Position numbers and translations under genes: made by a program. Below the pieces are notes generated by a model. It ran no database searches. It was not told the origin of the DNA and saw only the letters and a program-made list of their open reading frames with translations. Shown here piece after piece: positions 59,079 to 64,000 of a stretch of DNA of 64,000 bases. Source of the stretch: Candidatus Aerophobota bacterium (GTDB lineage Bacteria > Aerophobota > Aerophobia > Aerophobales > JAGGXI01); NCBI GenBank assembly GCA_021163155.1, contig JAGGXI010000061.1, positions 18,768-82,767 of the forward strand, given 5' to 3'. Position 1 is the stretch's first letter. Every line of letters starts with the position of its first letter.

Positions 59079-60434
59079 ATGAATTCTTTAATGATTAGTG
59101 TTTCTGGAGTAAGGGGAATAGTAGGAGAAACTCTTATGCCGGAAATAGTGGTAAAATTTGGAGTTGCCTTTGGTAAGTTTGTGCGAGAGAAGAGGGTAGT
59201 AATAGGTTCTGATACACGGACTTCAAATCAAATGTTCAGATACGCTCTCTTCAGCGGTCTACTTTCCGTTGGATGTAAAGTTATAGATGTAGGTATTTGT
59301 CCTACTCCATCTATCCAGTTAATGGTGGAAAAATTGAAGGCAGGAGGAGGAATTATAATTACAGGAAGCCATAATCCTGTAGAATGGAATGCTTTAAAGT
59401 TTGTTCGTCATGATGGTATTTTTCTTTATCCTGAAGAAGGAGAAAGGCTATTAACAATTTACAAAGAAAAAAGAATAAAAAGAGCAGCCTGGAACGAGAT
59501 AAAAAGTGTTTATTATGATACATCAGCAATAGAAAATCACTTAGAAAAGCTCTTGGAGATTGTAGATAAAGATAACATAAGAAGAAAAAAATTTAAGGTT
59601 GTTCTTGATGCCTGTAATGGAGCAGCCTCAAAGATTAGTCCACTGCTTCTTCGTCGGTTAGGATGTAAAGTAACAGAGATTAATTGTAAGCCTGATGGCG
59701 TTTTCCCTCATTCTCCAGAGCCTATCCCTTCCAACTTAAGAGAGCTTTCCTTAAAAGTCAAAACTGAAAAGGCTGATATCGGTTTTGCTCATGATGCAGA
59801 TGCAGATAGGATTGCCATAGCAACTGAAGAGGGTAATGTTTTGCCTGAGGATTATCCTCTTCTTTTGGCTACAAAATTTGTTCTTGGGGGGAAAAGAGGA
59901 TTAGTAGTGACAAATCTTTCTACGACAAGTGCCTTAGATGATATAGCAAGAGAGTTTAAATGCAAGGTTATGCGTACAAGAATTGGCGATGTCAATGTTT
60001 CTAAATGTATGAAGGAACATAATGCAGTGATAGGAGGAGAAGGAAATGGAGGGGTAATTATCCCTCAGGTGCACTATGCCCGCGATGGAATGGCTGCTAT
60101 TGCTTTAATATTGGAGTATATAACAAAGTCTAATAAAACAGTATCAGCTTTAGCTAATGAGCTTCCTAAATATTATACAATTAAAGGGAAGCTTGAATTT
60201 CCCAGGGAAAAATTTGTTCTTCTTGAATCTATCCTTAAGGAAGAATTCAAGAATTATGAGTTAAATTTTCTTGATGGAGTAAAGGTTATTTTAAAAGAGG
60301 GTTGGATACATATAAGGCTTTCAGGAACTGAGCCTATTATCCGTATATTTGCGGAGGCTAAGAATAAAGAAAAAGCGGAGGAACTTTTTAAAACGGGTAT
60401 TAGGGAAGTAGAGAAAGTTTTAGTAGCGAGGTAG
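59079..60434 (+). CDS. glmM: phosphoglucosamine mutase / phosphohexomutase
   Basis: 451 aa. Active-site serine loop ITGSHNP, metal loop FAHDADADR, sugar-binding GGEGNGG. Confidence 0.85.
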   Translation: MNSLMISVSGVRGIVGETLMPEIVVKFGVAFGKFVREKRVVIGSDTRTSNQMFRYALFSGLLSVGCKVIDVGICPTPSIQLMVEKLKAGGGIIITGSHNPVEWNALKFVRHDGIFLYPEEGERLLTIYKEKRIKRAAWNEIKSVYYDTSAIENHLEKLLEIVDKDNIRRKKFKVVLDACNGAASKISPLLLRRLGCKVTEINCKPDGVFPHSPEPIPSNLRELSLKVKTEKADIGFAHDADADRIAIATEEGNVLPEDYPLLLATKFVLGGKRGLVVTNLSTTSALDDIAREFKCKVMRTRIGDVNVSKCMKEHNAVIGGEGNGGVIIPQVHYARDGMAAIALILEYITKSNKTVSALANELPKYYTIKGKLEFPREKFVLLESILKEEFKNYELNFLDGVKVILKEGWIHIRLSGTEPIIRIFAEAKNKEKAEELFKTGIREVEKVLVAR

Positions 60435-60436
60435 AA

Positions 60437-61675
60437 ATGAACCGTATTTTGTGCATATTTGAAGATAAAAAAGCAGAGAATTTTTACCCTTTTACTTTAA
60501 CCAGACCTATTTACATGCTTCGGTGTGGAATTACCACTTTAGAGGAGAAGATATCCAGTATATCATTAGAGGGAGAGATATGTCTTTTTTGCCGTAAATA
60601 TTTATTTGGTGTCACTTCTCAAAAAATAGAGAAAGTTAAAGTGAACCCATTAAAAGATTTAAAGGAGAAGAATCTGCTTTTTGTTAACGGAAGATTACTT
60701 TTTTTAGAAAAGAGAATAAATTTAGAAGGGAAAGAGGAGATAGGAGTTAAGAAGGGGGAGATAGTATATGCTCGCCTCAATAAGAAAACTTTAAATAAAC
60801 TCTCTTTTAATGACCCGGATAAGATAGAGAATGTTTTATATCAGGCTAAACAGATAGTAAAGGTAAAAGAGATTGAAGCTAATCTACTGGAATATCCCTC
60901 GGATATCATTAAATGGAATAGTTATGCCTTAATAAAAGACTTTGGGAGAAAAAAGGAGAGGGGTGTAAAAGGTAAAATAGCTAAAGGTGCTTGCTTAATT
61001 AATCCAGAAAAGATTTATATAGGTAAAAACTCAACAATAGAGCCGGGAGTGATATTAAATGCTAAAGAAGGACCTATTTATATTGATGAAGAAGTAAAGG
61101 TAAATCCTCCCACTGTTATTAATGGGCCTTGTTATGTAGGAAGAGGGACCATTATAGATGGAGCTAAAATTCGTCAGGGATGCAGCATTGGCCCTGTATG
61201 CCGTATATCCGGAGAAATTGAAGAATCTGTATTCCAGGGTTATGTTAATAAACACCATGATGGTTTTATAGGACATTCCTATATAGGAGAATGGGTAAAT
61301 TTTGGTGCTTTAACTACTACAAGCGATCTTAAAAATACTTACGGTAGTGTAAAGGTATTTATTAAAGGCAAGGAAGTAGATACAAAACAGATAAAAATAG
61401 GTTCTTTTATTGGGGATTATACCAAAACAGGCATAGGAACTTTAATAGATACAGGAAGTGTAATTGGTGTAGCCAGTAATATTTTTGGCGGAGGAATTAC
61501 TCCTAAGTTTATCCCTTCTTTTAGTTGGGGAGGGGAGGATGGATTTGTAGAGAATAGATTGGATAAAGCAATTGAAGTAGCAAGGATAGTTATGGAGCGG
61601 CGAGGTGTAAAGCAGACGGAGGAAGATAGAGACTTACTAAAAAAAGTATATCAGTTAACTAAAAAAGAGAGATGA
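60437..61675 (+). CDS. putative sugar-phosphate nucleotidyltransferase/acetyltransferase with a left-handed beta-helix (alternative GlmU-like)
   Basis: 412 aa. N-terminal nucleotidyltransferase-like region and C-terminal hexapeptide repeats. The start lies 3 nt after the glmM stop. Confidence 0.55.
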   Translation: MNRILCIFEDKKAENFYPFTLTRPIYMLRCGITTLEEKISSISLEGEICLFCRKYLFGVTSQKIEKVKVNPLKDLKEKNLLFVNGRLLFLEKRINLEGKEEIGVKKGEIVYARLNKKTLNKLSFNDPDKIENVLYQAKQIVKVKEIEANLLEYPSDIIKWNSYALIKDFGRKKERGVKGKIAKGACLINPEKIYIGKNSTIEPGVILNAKEGPIYIDEEVKVNPPTVINGPCYVGRGTIIDGAKIRQGCSIGPVCRISGEIEESVFQGYVNKHHDGFIGHSYIGEWVNFGALTTTSDLKNTYGSVKVFIKGKEVDTKQIKIGSFIGDYTKTGIGTLIDTGSVIGVASNIFGGGITPKFIPSFSWGGEDGFVENRLDKAIEVARIVMERRGVKQTEEDRDLLKKVYQLTKKER

Positions 61676-61735
61676 TAGTTTATTTTATAAACAAGTCAGG
61701 CGAAATCGGTTATTGAAAGTATAAAGAGGGTAAGT

Positions 61736-61927
61736 ATGGGAAAATTTCGAGAGCATTATATTGTAGACGAAAAGGGGCGAACGACAGCAGCAATTCTTCC
61801 AGTTACGGAATGTGAAGAACTTTTAGAGGATCTCCATGATCTCGCAATCATCGCAGAACGTCGGGATGAGCCTACAGTAGCTTTTGAAGAACTCAATGAA
61901 CAGTTGGAAGAAAGTGGATTCTTATAA
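61736..61927 (+). CDS. small acidic type II antitoxin-like protein (Phd/YefM-RelB-like pattern)
   Basis: 63 aa. The core ILPVTECEELLEDLHDLAIIAERRDEPTVAFEEL resembles antitoxin DNA-binding and neutralisation regions. No intact toxin follows. Confidence 0.4.
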   Translation: MGKFREHYIVDEKGRTTAAILPVTECEELLEDLHDLAIIAERRDEPTVAFEELNEQLEESGFL

Positions 61928-61933
61928 GATTCA

Positions 61934-62175
61934 ATGGAAGAGATCAGCAGAACGAGACTTACGGAATATTGATTTACAGCAAATTCCTCGAATTATCAAG
62001 ACTGTCGAATCCCTAATGAATAATCCATAGAAAGAGTTCATGTGGATAGAGTTGCATATCCTTGGCTTATCAAAAGATTCATTGACTCTGATGCTGAGTT
62101 CATTTTTGTTCCCAGAGATACAGACCCTTCAATCATAAAGGATGGAATTCCCTTTGATATGAAAAGAGATTCCTA
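61934..62175 (+). pseudogene. decayed gene remnants: a frameshifted, truncated RelE/ParE-like toxin N-terminus, then a chromate-resistance (ChrB C-terminal)-like fragment
   Basis: Frame 1 gives MEEISRTRLTEY*. The +1 frame gives IDLQQIPRIIKTVESLMNNP* (toxin N-terminal helix pattern). From 62030 the translation SIERVHVDRVAYPWLIKRFIDSDAEFIFVPRDTDPSIIKDGIPFDMKRDS* matches the conserved WLIKRFIDP motif in only about 50 aa. Confidence 0.4.
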
Positions 62176-62295
62176 ATCCTGAGAGGATCTGGCAGCCTAT
62201 AGGGCAGGCGAGAATTCCCAAAAAGGAGTGGTTTGGGATATAATAGCGTTTGAAGTGAATAAACAAATGATTGTATGGAAACAGAGGATGAAATT

Positions 62296-64000
62296 TTATT
62301 CCCTCATTTCGCCCCAACTTTTTCCTACTTTAGTGTTTACAATAAGGGGGATAGATAAGTTCATTGCCTTCTCCATCTCTTTTTTTATTATTTTCCGCGT
62401 TTTTTTTATCTCCTCTTTAGCTACCTCAAAGAGAAGCTCATCGTGTATTTGAAGAATAAGGTAAGCGTTTATATTTTCTTCTTTGAATCTTGCATCTAAA
62501 TTAATCATAGCTAATTTGATAAGGTCGGCTGCCCCTCCCTGAATAGGGGCGTTAATGGCTATTCGTTCGGCAAATTCTCTCTCTCTTTTCTTTGAGGAGA
62601 CAATTTCCGGGATATATCTTCTTCTCCCCAAAAGAGTGGTTACATACCTCTTTTCTCGAGCTTTCTTTAATATTTTATCTATATACTCTTTGACCTTCGG
62701 ATAACGTTTAAAATACTCCTCAATATAATCCTCCGCCTTTTTTTGAGATATTCCCAGTTCTCGAGATAATCCATAAGGGCTTATTCCATAAATAATCCCA
62801 AAATTTACTACTTTTGCCTGTCTTCTCATTTGGGGGGTAACTTGCAGAGGCAGAAGATTGAATATTTCGGCTGCTGTTTGACAATGAATATCTTCATTTT
62901 TAGCAAAAGAAGACCTTAGATTAGCATCCTTTGATAAATGGGCTAAGATTCTCAATTCTATCTGTGAGTAGTCGGCAGAGAGAAAAAGATATCCTTCATC
63001 AGCGATAAAAGACAAGCGAAGCTCTTCGCTTATTTTGTTTTTAATGGGAATATTCTGAAGATTGGGCTGGGATGAAGATAGTCTTCCGGTAGATGTTACT
63101 GTTTGATTAAAAGAAGTATGAATCCTTCCTGTTTTAGGGTTAATTAACTCAGGAAGAGGTTTTATATAGGTAGATTCTAATTTAAAGAGCTGGCGATATT
63201 TTAATATTTTTTTAACAGAGGGATGTAAAATAGAGAGGGTTTCCAGGACTTCCTCATCGGTAGAATAGCCTGTTTTAATTTTTTTAAGAGGTGGCAGATG
63301 TAGTTTACCAAAAAGGATATCTCCTAATTGTTTTGAGGAGTTAAGATTAAATTTTTCTCCCACTTCTTTGTAAATTTCTTCTTCTATCGCCTTTCTTTTT
63401 TTCTCTATCTTTTTTAAAAATTTTTTTAAAGCACTCTTATCTATTTTAATTCCCCTTTTTTGCATTTTAGCAAGAATATGTACTAATGGCATCTCCACTT
63501 TTAAAAAGAGGTTCCAGAGATTTTCCTTTTTTAGTTTTCTCTCTAATATAGGGTAAAGCTTTTCGATAGTCCAGGCTCTTTTTACAGGCGAGAATTTCTC
63601 GTTTATATTTAATCCCAAATATTCAAGAGAGAGATTTTTAAGGGAATAATTAGCTGCCGAGGGTTTTAAAAGATAGGCAGCGATTTGCACATCAAAATTT
63701 TCTCCTCTTAAATTTATTTCCCACTCTTTAAGGTCAAGGATTGCCTGTTTTAAATTATTTCCTATTTTCTTAATTTGAGGATCTTCCAGGAGAAGAATAA
63801 GCTTGTCCAGCAGAGGATCTTTATCTACTTTTTTCAAGGAAAACCGATAAACTTTTTCCTCTTTCAGCGAAAGGACTATCTCCTTTTCTTCTTTATCTAC
63901 TATCAGGACAAGAGGAGTTTTTTTAAAAAGAGAAGAGATTTTCTTTAAATCTTCAGGCGATTTAATTTCTTGAACCTCTACCTTTTGAGAAATGGAAGGA
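62296..64000 (-). CDS. polA: DNA polymerase I (3'-5' exo-like and polymerase domains; N-terminus beyond the window edge)
   Basis: Polymerase motifs A (LLSADYSQIELRILAHLS), B (RRQAKVVNFGIIYGIS) and C (LILQIHDELLFEV). The reading frame is open past 63837 to position 64000. Confidence 0.9.
   Translation of the reverse strand, partial: PSISQKVEVQEIKSPEDLKKISSLFKKTPLVLIVDKEEKEIVLSLKEEKVYRFSLKKVDKDPLLDKLILLLEDPQIKKIGNNLKQAILDLKEWEINLRGENFDVQIAAYLLKPSAANYSLKNLSLEYLGLNINEKFSPVKRAWTIEKLYPILERKLKKENLWNLFLKVEMPLVHILAKMQKRGIKIDKSALKKFLKKIEKKRKAIEEEIYKEVGEKFNLNSSKQLGDILFGKLHLPPLKKIKTGYSTDEEVLETLSILHPSVKKILKYRQLFKLESTYIKPLPELINPKTGRIHTSFNQTVTSTGRLSSSQPNLQNIPIKNKISEELRLSFIADEGYLFLSADYSQIELRILAHLSKDANLRSSFAKNEDIHCQTAAEIFNLLPLQVTPQMRRQAKVVNFGIIYGISPYGLSRELGISQKKAEDYIEEYFKRYPKVKEYIDKILKKAREKRYVTTLLGRRRYIPEIVSSKKREREFAERIAINAPIQGGAADLIKLAMINLDARFKEENINAYLILQIHDELLFEVAKEEIKKTRKIIKKEMEKAMNLSIPLIVNTKVGKSWGEMRE

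Overview
This is an AT-rich (about one-third GC), gene-dense bacterial chromosomal segment from a diderm (BamA, FlgH/FlgI L- and P-ring proteins), flagellated, probably anaerobic organism (four-subunit pyruvate:ferredoxin oxidoreductase, Moco biosynthesis). I cannot place the lineage. Coordinates 1-25.9 kb are plus-strand housekeeping genes: serA 3' end, dnaB, purA, clpC, bamA, rsmD, uvrC, ogt, secA, ilvB, mutM, htrA, argS, suhB-like, a PPP phosphatase and rarA, with mgtE on the minus strand. Coordinates 25.9-45.1 kb are one large minus-strand late-flagellar supercluster, in order: 2xREC regulator, cheY, flgM, flgF, flgG, flgA, flgH, flgI, flgJ-like, flgN, flgK, flgL, fliW, csrA, flagellin, a giant fliD, fliS, a hypothetical gene and maf. 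Two perfect sigma-28 promoters were read directly from the sequence. Downstream are mogA-moaC-moaA-moeA, pgpA-pgsA, ftsK, a lamin-tail-domain protein, porGDAB, an archaeal-type thyA, gatA, glmM plus a GlmU-like nucleotidyltransferase, a decayed toxin-antitoxin locus and the 3' part of polA. No rRNA or tRNA gene and no CRISPR array was found. The most striking unannotated layer is a dense set of REP/REPIN-like palindromic elements with a GTAG head, fused to arrays of an 8-bp GGATTARA repeat. These occupy nearly every intergenic junction. In all 11 array-bearing loci the GGA-rich strand matches the sense strand of the flanking transcripts. In several cases the repeat supplies the stop codon or C-terminal residues of neighbouring ORFs. 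At least four further small palindromic repeat families are interspersed. The giant FliD (1068 aa, internally repeated modules plus a discoidin-like domain) and the repeat-punctuated fliW-csrA-flagellin module are the other main points of interest.
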